From: Salinispira sp.
Lineage (GTDB): Bacteria; Spirochaetota; Spirochaetia; DSM-27196; Salinispiraceae
Assembly: GCA_965602015.1 (NCBI GenBank)
Contig: OZ271918.1
Location: forward strand, 1,120,001-1,184,000
Direction: 5' to 3'
DNA length: 64,000 nt
The notes under the pieces were generated by a model. That model was not told the origin of the DNA. It searched no databases and saw only the letters and a program-made list of their open reading frames with translations. This document shows, one piece after another, positions 56,118-64,000 of the stretch. The position numbers and the translations under genes are program-made. Position 1 is the first letter of the stretch; each line of letters begins with the position of its first letter.

Positions 56118-58460
56118 TCAGCCGGGGAAGAGAATCTCAATCACCTCGTCCATGTGCTCCACCGGATGGAAGCTAATGCCTTTTTTTACGTTTTCCGGTA
56201 TTTCGTCCAGGTCCCGCTCGTTTGCCTTTGGGATGATTATTTCCTTGACCCGTGATCTCTTGGCGGCAATGGTTTTTTCCTTGAGCCCGCCGATGGGCAA
56301 TACCGATCCGCTCAACGACAGCTCTCCGGTCATCGCGAGACTTTTCCGTATTTTTCGGTTATTCGCCATTGAAAGCAGGGCGGATGCCATAGTTATGCCC
56401 GCCGAGGGACCGTCCTTGGGAGTGGCTCCGGCGGGAATGTGAATATGAATCGTATGCTTCTCAAAATACGAGTCCTCGGTACCCGTCGATTGAAGGTGGT
56501 GTTTGACCCAGGTATAGGCGATGTTCGCCGACTCCTGCATGACCTTGCCCATTTGTCCGGTGAGTTTGAAGGCTTCCCGTCCCTGGGTGGCCACGGTCTC
56601 GATTATCAGCGTGTCTCCGCCGAAATTCGTCCATGCAAGCCCGGTTACCATTCCGGGCCTGAGAATCTTGCGCTCCTCCCCGCGAAAATACGGCTGACCG
56701 AGAAACTCCGACAGCTTGTTTTCGTCAACCAGAACCGGCGCTGTCATGGTCTCGGTAACCAGGCCGGTAACCACCTTGCGGTTGATCTTGTTTATCGCCT
56801 TTTCGTAATTGCGCATCCCGGCCTCCCGGGCATAGCCCTCGGCAATGAGCTGAAGGGCTTTTTGCTTGTAGGTAATCTCTTTTTTGCTCAGACCGTTTTT
56901 TTCCAGACTTTTCGGGATGATGTATTTTTTGGCTATGGCGATCTTCTCCTGAGCGATATAGCCGCTGAGCCTGATGACCTCCATCCTGTCCAGAAGGGGG
57001 CGGGGAATGGTATCCATGGTATTGGCCGTCACGATGAACAGGACCCGGCTGACGTCAAAGGGCAGGTCGAGGTAGTGATCGCGGAAGCTCGAGTTCTGTT
57101 CGGGATCCAGGACTTCCAGAAGGGCGGAACTCGGGTCGCCCTGGTAACTCGATCCGAGCTTGTCGATTTCATCGATCATAAAAACCGGGTCCTTGCTTTT
57201 GACGATTTTTAAGCCCTGAATGATCTTCCCGGGCATGGCTCCCACATAGGTGCGCCGGTGGCCTTTAATTTCCGCCTCGTCACGCATGCCTCCAACGGAA
57301 AAACGGAAAAAATCCTTGTCGAGCGCACGGGCGATGGATTTCCCGATGCTGGTTTTACCCACTCCCGGCGGTCCCACGAGAAGAATAATCGAACCGTTGA
57401 AGTCCCGCTTCTTTTTCCGGACCGCCAGAAATTCAAGAATGCGCTCCTTAACATCTTCAAGGCCGTAGTGATCCGCATCGAGAATCTTCTTCGCCTTGGC
57501 AATATCGAGGTCACGGGCTTCGGGATCGTTCCAGGGCAGGCTGGTGATGGTGTCCAGATAGTTTCTGGTTACGTGATAATCCGAGCTGTTGGGATCCATG
57601 AGGCTGAACTTGTGTACTTCGTTATCCACCTGTTCTTTGACATCAGGCGGCAAATCGAGGGTGTCCAGGGCTTCCTGGATGCGCCGGAGTTCGTCGCTTT
57701 TCCCGTCGACGGCGATTCCCAGCTCCTCCTTGATGGCACGCAATTGCTCCTTGAGAAAGTACTCCCGCTGGCTCTTTTCTATTTTTTCGTTGATTTGCGA
57801 TTGAATCTTCTTCTGTATTTTCAACAGTTCTTTCTCATTTTTGAGAAAGACCAGCACCTTTTCCATCCGCTTTTGAATAGCAATCGTTTCCAGAACATCC
57901 TGCTGTTTATCCCGTTCGATATTTAATATCGACGTGATGAAGTCCGCAATTTTTCCGGGATGGTCGATGTTTACCATGTTGAGGCGCATTTCCTCGGAGA
58001 AGAGCGGGTTGCCCTCGGAGATTTGCTTTATCTCACTCAGGAGGCTGCGGGCCATGGCCTTTATCTCCAGACTGTCTTCATACCGGTCTTCGAGATATTC
58101 CACTGCGGCTATCATTGCGCCGTCTTCCTGAATGCTCTTTTTAATCCGGAAGCGCTTAATGGTTGAAATAAAGACGTTGAGGCCGCCGTCGGGAAGATTT
58201 ATTTTTTTTACGATTTTCGCCGCGCAACCAACGGTAAAAAGGTCATCAAAACCCGGATCATCCTGATCTTCGCTCCGGGTCAGCACCAGGCCGATGTGCC
58301 CGTCGCTTTCCATGGCCTGCTCGACGGCGGTCCTGTCGGTATCGCCGCTGATCATTATGGGGGTAAAAATGCCCGGAAATATTGGTTTTCCGTTGAGGGC
58401 GATGATGCGCAGTTTCTGGGGCAGGGCCAACTCCAGCGGAGCGATTTCGAATTTAGACAT
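56118..58460 (-). CDS. lon: ATP-dependent Lon protease
   Basis: LON N-domain, DHYGLEDVKERILE, GPPGVGKT, DEIDK, PKDGPSAG, AMTGE, GGLKEK. Confidence 0.98.
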   Translation of the reverse strand: MSKFEIAPLELALPQKLRIIALNGKPIFPGIFTPIMISGDTDRTAVEQAMESDGHIGLVLTRSEDQDDPGFDDLFTVGCAAKIVKKINLPDGGLNVFISTIKRFRIKKSIQEDGAMIAAVEYLEDRYEDSLEIKAMARSLLSEIKQISEGNPLFSEEMRLNMVNIDHPGKIADFITSILNIERDKQQDVLETIAIQKRMEKVLVFLKNEKELLKIQKKIQSQINEKIEKSQREYFLKEQLRAIKEELGIAVDGKSDELRRIQEALDTLDLPPDVKEQVDNEVHKFSLMDPNSSDYHVTRNYLDTITSLPWNDPEARDLDIAKAKKILDADHYGLEDVKERILEFLAVRKKKRDFNGSIILLVGPPGVGKTSIGKSIARALDKDFFRFSVGGMRDEAEIKGHRRTYVGAMPGKIIQGLKIVKSKDPVFMIDEIDKLGSSYQGDPSSALLEVLDPEQNSSFRDHYLDLPFDVSRVLFIVTANTMDTIPRPLLDRMEVIRLSGYIAQEKIAIAKKYIIPKSLEKNGLSKKEITYKQKALQLIAEGYAREAGMRNYEKAINKINRKVVTGLVTETMTAPVLVDENKLSEFLGQPYFRGEERKILRPGMVTGLAWTNFGGDTLIIETVATQGREAFKLTGQMGKVMQESANIAYTWVKHHLQSTGTEDSYFEKHTIHIHIPAGATPKDGPSAGITMASALLSMANNRKIRKSLAMTGELSLSGSVLPIGGLKEKTIAAKRSRVKEIIIPKANERDLDEIPENVKKGISFHPVEHMDEVIEILFPG

Positions 58461-58616
58461 ACGTTAGTCTCCCTTTACTAGTTTTCGACGATCTAATCGT
58501 ATATTGGTATTGTAGTGGATGGCGGTATACATCGGGCAGACAGCGTCGGCAGAACTGCCCGATATGTGGAAAATATGAACAGTTGCATAAATCGTCAAGG
58601 CCAATCATGATGAGCC

Positions 58617-59372
58617 ATGTCCCAGAGGAATTTCATTAGTCCTGGAATCATTCTCCGAAGCCGTCCTTCGGGAGAAAAGAACCGCCGCCTAGAAATCCTC
58701 ACACCGCAGCGCGGCATCGTAACCGCGACCGCATACGGCGCCGCGTCTCAAAAAAGCACCCTGCGATCGGCGGTTCAAAGTTTCCACGCCGGCGAAATGT
58801 TTTTTTATACGGATCCCGTGAAGGGCTACACAAAACTCCGCGATATTGACCTGCAGTTCGATTTTCCGGGCATCAGGATGGACAGCAAGCGGCTGTACGG
58901 TGCGAGCCTTATGGCGGAGATACTCCTTGTTTCTTCAGCCTCCGGCGGCGAGGACCCCCAGACCTACCGGCTTACCTTTGAATTCCTCGAAGCCATGGAC
59001 AATTGTCCGGCTCCGTCCGTTGCGAGACTCTGCGTTCTAGGTATGTGGAGATACCTGGAGATTATGGGCCTGGCCCCGGATCTCGAATACGACGCGGACA
59101 GCGGCCGTCCTCTTCCCTCAGGGGCTCCTGTGTTTTACCGATTCGACGAGGGGGGATTCTCGGGAAGGCAGGCCGGAGTCGACCAGGCCTTTTTGAAAGC
59201 CGGCGAGATGGCCTTTCTGAAAAATCAGGGACGAAGACGTCTGGTTGAGAACCTGGGCGTCAGCATGTCAGATCAGGGCTCGGACCTTCGCCTTTTTTCA
59301 TTTATGAGCAGATTATACCAGTACCAGCTTCAGCGAAGACTCTACAGCCTGGATGCCGGGGTGCTTCCCTAG
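58617..59372 (+). CDS. recO: DNA repair protein RecO
   Basis: GIILRSRPSGEKNRRLEILT..RGIV.A.AYGA, a helical middle and G..PDL. The zinc-finger cysteines are absent. Confidence 0.85.
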   Translation: MSQRNFISPGIILRSRPSGEKNRRLEILTPQRGIVTATAYGAASQKSTLRSAVQSFHAGEMFFYTDPVKGYTKLRDIDLQFDFPGIRMDSKRLYGASLMAEILLVSSASGGEDPQTYRLTFEFLEAMDNCPAPSVARLCVLGMWRYLEIMGLAPDLEYDADSGRPLPSGAPVFYRFDEGGFSGRQAGVDQAFLKAGEMAFLKNQGRRRLVENLGVSMSDQGSDLRLFSFMSRLYQYQLQRRLYSLDAGVLP

Positions 59373-59866
59373 GCTGATGCGCCGAATCCCCGTTCCCGCA
59401 GGGCTGAGATGCTCTGCTTCGCGGAAATGTGATGGATGAACAAGCCGCCCATTTCTTCCCAGGCTACTTTGAGCTTTTCCCGGTCGTCCACCAGAACCGG
59501 AATCAGGTCCCCGCTTCGCTCCCGGGCTTTTTCGGCCTTCTGACGCGACATGCAGGTTATCACTTCCACATCCGCACCGAGCTCCCGGCTGCACCAGATT
59601 CGTTTTTGAGGTTCCGCCCATTTTCCCATGGGAAGTCCGGTGAGGATTATCGGTGTAAATTCCCTGGCAAAATCCCATAATTCCCGGCCGTCTTCCATCC
59701 ATTCCAGATCGGCGTAAAAATCCGGAGTTCGGGCCAGGCGGGGCCACATGGACCGGGGCTCGAGATCAGACGGCGGCCGGCCGGTAATCCGTTCGACCCC
59801 CCGGTCAAAATCCACCAGAACCCCGTCGAGATCGAGAAACAGTTGATATCCTGTGCTCACATTCAT
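59369..59866 (-). CDS. HAD-superfamily 5'(3')-deoxyribonucleotidase-like phosphatase
   Basis: FLDLDGVLVDF (motif I), ILTG, QK..W, LVDDR (motif IV), W...GG.FI.H. Confidence 0.8.
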   Translation of the reverse strand: MNVSTGYQLFLDLDGVLVDFDRGVERITGRPPSDLEPRSMWPRLARTPDFYADLEWMEDGRELWDFAREFTPIILTGLPMGKWAEPQKRIWCSRELGADVEVITCMSRQKAEKARERSGDLIPVLVDDREKLKVAWEEMGGLFIHHISAKQSISALRERGFGASA

Positions 59867-59935
59867 TCGGTCATCCTAACACAACCCCCGGTCCATGTGA
59901 TAGAATAGCCACACTATTTCACTGGCGAGGTATGC

Positions 59936-61297
59936 ATGAGAGCCTTAGACATTATCATGAAAAAACGGGACGGCGGAGAGCTCAGCGAGGAGGAGATCCG
60001 GTTTCTTATCCGGGGATATGTAGATGCCTCCATTCCCGAGTATCAAATTTCCTCCTTTCTCATGGCGGTGTTTTTTCGGGGTATGAGCGCCCGGGAGACT
60101 TCTGTACTCACCACAGAGATGATACGCTCGGGCACCGTAATGGATCTCAGTTCCTTAGCGGCCTTTGATTCGGGGAGTCTTGTCGATAAGCATTCCACCG
60201 GAGGGGTGGGTGACAAGGTCAGTCTCATTCTGGCGCCCATGGCCGCCGCAGCAGGCGCTCAGATACCCATGATGTCCGGCCGGGGACTGGGGCATACCGG
60301 CGGTACCCTGGATAAGCTGGAAAGCATTCCGGGCTACAGCACGGCCCTCAGACAGGATGAATTTATTGACATAATTTCCCGCTGCGGATTCGCCATGACC
60401 GGTCAAAGCGCAGACATTGTCCCGGCGGATAAAAAGCTCTATGCACTGCGGGATGTCACCGCAACCGTGGAGTCTGTACCCCTCATCACCGCCAGCATTC
60501 TCAGCAAGAAATTCGCCGAAGGCGCTCAGCATCTGGTTTTCGATGTCAAATACGGCTCCGGAGCCTTTATGAAGACTCCAGAGGAAGCCCAGGAGCTTGC
60601 CAGGTCCTTGGTGCGAACCGGTCAGGAGCTCGATCGGGGAGTTACCGCCGTCATTACGAATATGGATGTCCCTTTGGGCTATATGGTCGGCAATTTCCTT
60701 GAAGTGGAGGAGTGCATCGCCTGCCTCGATTGCCGAGGCTGGGAAGCGGATTTTGATTCCCGCGGGCTTTTGATCAGCGGCCGGTCCGCCGATCTCATGG
60801 AAGTCACCATAACCCTCTCGGCCTGGATGCTGGTCGTCAGCGGAATCGCCAAAGACTTCAGCCATGCAGTCGAGAAATCCCTGGAAGTTCTACGCGACCG
60901 CACAGCCCTTTCCCGGTTCTGGCAGAATGTTGAGCTGCAGGGCGGAAGCCAAAAAAAAGCCGAAGCGCTGGTAGGGCAGCGTAAATCCGTCACCTCGCAT
61001 AGCATTGCAGCCGAAGATTCGGGCTATCTGGCGAAAATGGACGCATTCAAGGTAGGTACCGCCTCGGTTCTGCTTGGGGCGGGCAGGAATGTGGCCAGCG
61101 ATGATGTGCTTCCCGATGTGGGTATCGAGATTCATAAAAAACCCGGTGACGAGGTCCGGTCGGGAGATCCCCTTCTTACCCTCTTTGCCCGGGATAAAAA
61201 AAGTCTCGATAATGCCCGGGAATACCTGGCCGACGCACTGGCGGTCAAACGTGAAGCACCGGAAAAAGTCGGGATCATCCATAGCGTAATCGAGTAG
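59936..61297 (+). CDS. pdp: Thymidine/pyrimidine-nucleoside phosphorylase
   Basis: IIMKKRDG.EL, DKHSTGGVGDK, SGRGLGHTGGTLDKLESIPG, YALRDVTATV, SILSKK, LGAGR. Confidence 0.95.
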   Translation: MRALDIIMKKRDGGELSEEEIRFLIRGYVDASIPEYQISSFLMAVFFRGMSARETSVLTTEMIRSGTVMDLSSLAAFDSGSLVDKHSTGGVGDKVSLILAPMAAAAGAQIPMMSGRGLGHTGGTLDKLESIPGYSTALRQDEFIDIISRCGFAMTGQSADIVPADKKLYALRDVTATVESVPLITASILSKKFAEGAQHLVFDVKYGSGAFMKTPEEAQELARSLVRTGQELDRGVTAVITNMDVPLGYMVGNFLEVEECIACLDCRGWEADFDSRGLLISGRSADLMEVTITLSAWMLVVSGIAKDFSHAVEKSLEVLRDRTALSRFWQNVELQGGSQKKAEALVGQRKSVTSHSIAAEDSGYLAKMDAFKVGTASVLLGAGRNVASDDVLPDVGIEIHKKPGDEVRSGDPLLTLFARDKKSLDNAREYLADALAVKREAPEKVGIIHSVIE

Positions 61298-61320
61298 ACG
61301 GCTAGGCAACAGGAAAAAAT

Positions 61321-63438
61321 ATGAATGACAACATCCCTTCAATCAGCCGGGAAGATGCCCGGCTTTTTGCTGATAAATACGGAATCGATGAGTTAACCGC
61401 AACTCTGCTGCTGAGCAGGGACATAATCGAACCCGAGCGACTGAAATTTTTTCTCAACGACGATATCCGAATACTTCACAACCCCTTTTTATTCAGTCAA
61501 ATGGACCTGATGGTCGAACGATTAGAGGCCGCCGCCGCCGAAGGCGAGCGGGTTCTGGTATTCGGCGACCGGGATACCGACGGCATAACGGCGACAGTTC
61601 TGATGGTCGAGGAACTGAGGAGACGGGGACTGGAGACCTTTTGGGAAGTGCCCATGGGCGATGATCACTATGGCCTTCAAAAGGACGTCATCGACCGCTA
61701 CGCCGAAAAAGACGTGACGCTTATTATCAGCGTAGACTGCGGCATCGGCAGCGTTGATGAAGTGGGATATGCCGCATCGTTGGGAATCGACAGTCTGATA
61801 ATCGATCACCATAATGCGGGCGATGTTCTTCCCGATGCGATTGCCATCGTAAACCCCAAAACTCCCGGTGAAACCTATCCCTTCGAGGGGCTGAGCGCTG
61901 TGGCCCTGGTCGCCAAGGTGATTACCGCCTTGGAAATCGCCGCATGTGAAATTTACAACCAGCAGTTCTGCATACTCAACGTCCGTCCTGGAAACGACAG
62001 CATCATTGTCGAGGCGGTCAAACTGATAAACCTCGTAGAACAGGAGCGGATTACAGAAACCTTTGTTAACGGTTCGAGCCGTGAGCAGATTCAGCATCTG
62101 GTGGATTTTATCCGCGATCAGGCGATTCTGGTATACCAGGGCGACTATCAACGCAAGCTCCTGGCCGGCCTGTTTGGCGAGTCAGTTGAGATCGGATTCA
62201 CCGATATCGCCCCCGAGATATGGAAACAGTTTCCCCGGCTCAAAGGCCGGAGCCTGTTGAAAATGCTGCAGGGCTCCCGGCTCACCCGGTTCAGTAAGCG
62301 ACCGGCTCAGGAGATCGACGCGGCGGTGCAGCTCATCGTGAGCTACCTTTATGCCCGCCATCCGGCGATTCTCGAGACCCTTGAGCGGCAACTGGATCTG
62401 GTCGCCCTGGGGCTGGTGGCCGATATGATGCCCCTGTTTGATGAAAACCGCATAATGGTGCGTCACGGCCTCAAGGTACTGGAAAACACTCCCAGGAAAG
62501 GCCTGAGGGAATTGATGGCACGCCTTGGTCTTTTAGGCCGACCCCTGTCCGCAACAAGCGTTTCATGGAAACTCACCCCGAGCCTCAATGCCACCGGACG
62601 TATGGGCAGACCCGATATGGCTGTCCGGCTCCTGCTCGACGAGGGAGACCCGGTTGCCCTGGCTGATGAAATCTTTTTGATTAATGAAGAGCGCAAACGT
62701 CTGGGAAATGAGGCATGGTCTGCCGTGCTTCCAATGGCCCGGGAATCCCTTGATGAGTACGCCAGGACCCTGTCAGTTGTTCGCCACCCCAGCATCAACC
62801 GGGGAATTACGGGCATTCTTGCCGGCCGGCTGTGCCGAAGCCTGGACGTCCCGTCGGTTGTCATCGCGGAAATTGATGACCACTATGTGGGGTCTGTGAG
62901 AAGTATCCGGGGTTTCCACGTCACCGATTTTCTTTCACGCTTCGAGGATATTTTTGATGACTTCGGCGGTCACGATGCTGCAGGCGGGTTTCACCTCAGG
63001 CAAGAGCGTCTCGGAGAGTTTTTGCAACGGCTGAAAGACCACTCCGGGACAATCGAGCTGGCTGAGAGCATCGAGGAGCCGGTGGACCTGGAACTTCCCG
63101 GCGACAGGGTTACGGAAGATCTTGAAAAATTTCAGAGTCGCCTCGAGCCGATGGGCATGGATTTTCCGCCGATTCGCTATCTGGTCCGAAATGCGGGTAT
63201 TGAAAACGCCCAGGTTATCGGAAAAGACCAGAGCCATCTCCGGCTCCTTCTCGCCATTGGAAACCGAAAATGGCCGGCGGTTTTCTGGTCCGCCGCCGAT
63301 CGATTAAATGGTGATTTTTCCCTGGGCTCCCGGGTGGACATCAGCTTCACCGTGGAGCGCAATTATTTCGGAGGCAACAGCAACCTCCAGCTCACTATCA
63401 TCGACATGGCTGCCGTGGATGATGGGAGCACTACATGA
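61321..63438 (+). CDS. recJ: Single-stranded DNA exonuclease RecJ with internal insertion
   Basis: GDRDTDGITA, VDCG, IDHH, DLVALGLVADMMPL..ENR, P.LNA.GR, GSVRS, FGGH..AGG. Confidence 0.95.
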   Translation: MNDNIPSISREDARLFADKYGIDELTATLLLSRDIIEPERLKFFLNDDIRILHNPFLFSQMDLMVERLEAAAAEGERVLVFGDRDTDGITATVLMVEELRRRGLETFWEVPMGDDHYGLQKDVIDRYAEKDVTLIISVDCGIGSVDEVGYAASLGIDSLIIDHHNAGDVLPDAIAIVNPKTPGETYPFEGLSAVALVAKVITALEIAACEIYNQQFCILNVRPGNDSIIVEAVKLINLVEQERITETFVNGSSREQIQHLVDFIRDQAILVYQGDYQRKLLAGLFGESVEIGFTDIAPEIWKQFPRLKGRSLLKMLQGSRLTRFSKRPAQEIDAAVQLIVSYLYARHPAILETLERQLDLVALGLVADMMPLFDENRIMVRHGLKVLENTPRKGLRELMARLGLLGRPLSATSVSWKLTPSLNATGRMGRPDMAVRLLLDEGDPVALADEIFLINEERKRLGNEAWSAVLPMARESLDEYARTLSVVRHPSINRGITGILAGRLCRSLDVPSVVIAEIDDHYVGSVRSIRGFHVTDFLSRFEDIFDDFGGHDAAGGFHLRQERLGEFLQRLKDHSGTIELAESIEEPVDLELPGDRVTEDLEKFQSRLEPMGMDFPPIRYLVRNAGIENAQVIGKDQSHLRLLLAIGNRKWPAVFWSAADRLNGDFSLGSRVDISFTVERNYFGGNSNLQLTIIDMAAVDDGSTT

Positions 63439-64000
63439 ATGAGCCGGTGAGAGTCATTCGCCATGCCGTTTTGTGCCCCGGTGCTGGCGCGCTTCCTGCG
63501 GCTTTGGCTGCCGGTCCGGTTTTGGCTTCGGCTGCCGATGTGGTACATGCGGCACGGGCTGCTGCGGCTCTGCGTCGACTTTTTGCCGTGTTGCTGGGCA
63601 TTACCTTACTCATTACCTCATGCCATGACCCGGTCAGCCCGGCGCTGCCCGCCGAAGATGAGGCCGGGGAGCCAGGCAGCAGCATTGAAGAGACTGAGCT
63701 TTCGGTACCGGGATTTATTGTGATTCCCGGCCCTCACTATCCCGGCGGCATTGTGGAAGCCTTCGCGCCGCGACTGTTGGAGAGCGATTCGGCGCGTTTG
63801 GTACTCACCGGCCCCGATGGCCATGTCTACCAAGAGGTCGAGGGTATTATTACCGATCTGGAGGGCATCGAAGCCCACTGGTATTTTGTTATCGGCATTG
63901 ACAGCTGGGCCGCCCCGGGAGCCTATGATCTGGAGCTGGTGCATCTATTCCAGGGCGAGGTGCTCTTTTCTCAGAACTATGATCTTCCGCTTATCTCCAG
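63435..64000 (+). CDS. Lipoprotein, possibly the N-terminus of an M23-family peptidase (3' truncated)
   Basis: Absent from the supplied ORF track because it runs off the window. Open from ATG 63435 (ATGA overlap with recJ) to the end; lipobox LLITSC; IGIDSWAAPGAYDLEL resembles M23 N-terminal domains. Confidence 0.65.
   Translation, partial: MNEPVRVIRHAVLCPGAGALPAALAAGPVLASAADVVHAARAAAALRRLFAVLLGITLLITSCHDPVSPALPAEDEAGEPGSSIEETELSVPGFIVIPGPHYPGGIVEAFAPRLLESDSARLVLTGPDGHVYQEVEGIITDLEGIEAHWYFVIGIDSWAAPGAYDLELVHLFQGEVLFSQNYDLPLIS

Overview
A densely coding, GC-rich bacterial chromosome segment with about 48 protein-coding genes, two of them truncated by the window edges. I found no rRNA, tRNA, CRISPR array, prophage or transposase. 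Gene content and motif variants (HLGN/KFSKS-type MetRS, FabV/Ter, MurE with EDPR plus a FemABX transferase, RecJ with an internal insertion) point to a free-living spirochaete; this is inference, not a database result. Most genes are housekeeping: dapL, dinB, ddl, murE, murD, hflK/hflC, metG, add, rqcH-like NFACT, folC, fabV, rnz, lon, recO, pdp, recJ, a hybrid two-component pair and a GldA/F/G-like ABC exporter. The most unusual signal is a concentration of apparent pseudo-enzymes and divergent paralogues in two tightly packed minus-strand operons. The first (36105->29102) holds a HisD paralogue with altered Zn ligands, folC, NFACT/RqcH, a MEMO1-fold protein lacking its metal ligands and a membrane-anchored Hanks-type pseudokinase. 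The second (49798->43092) holds an 840-aa hyper-acidic disordered protein with a PopZ-like layout, a GAF-like protein, a Maf/MptE-like protein and a degenerate GGDEF membrane protein that keeps an RxxD I-site. Other items are an orphan N6-adenine methyltransferase, a 15-bp tandem repeat inside murE and short intergenic heptamer and 14-mer arrays. All family calls come from motif recognition by eye and need HMM or structure confirmation.
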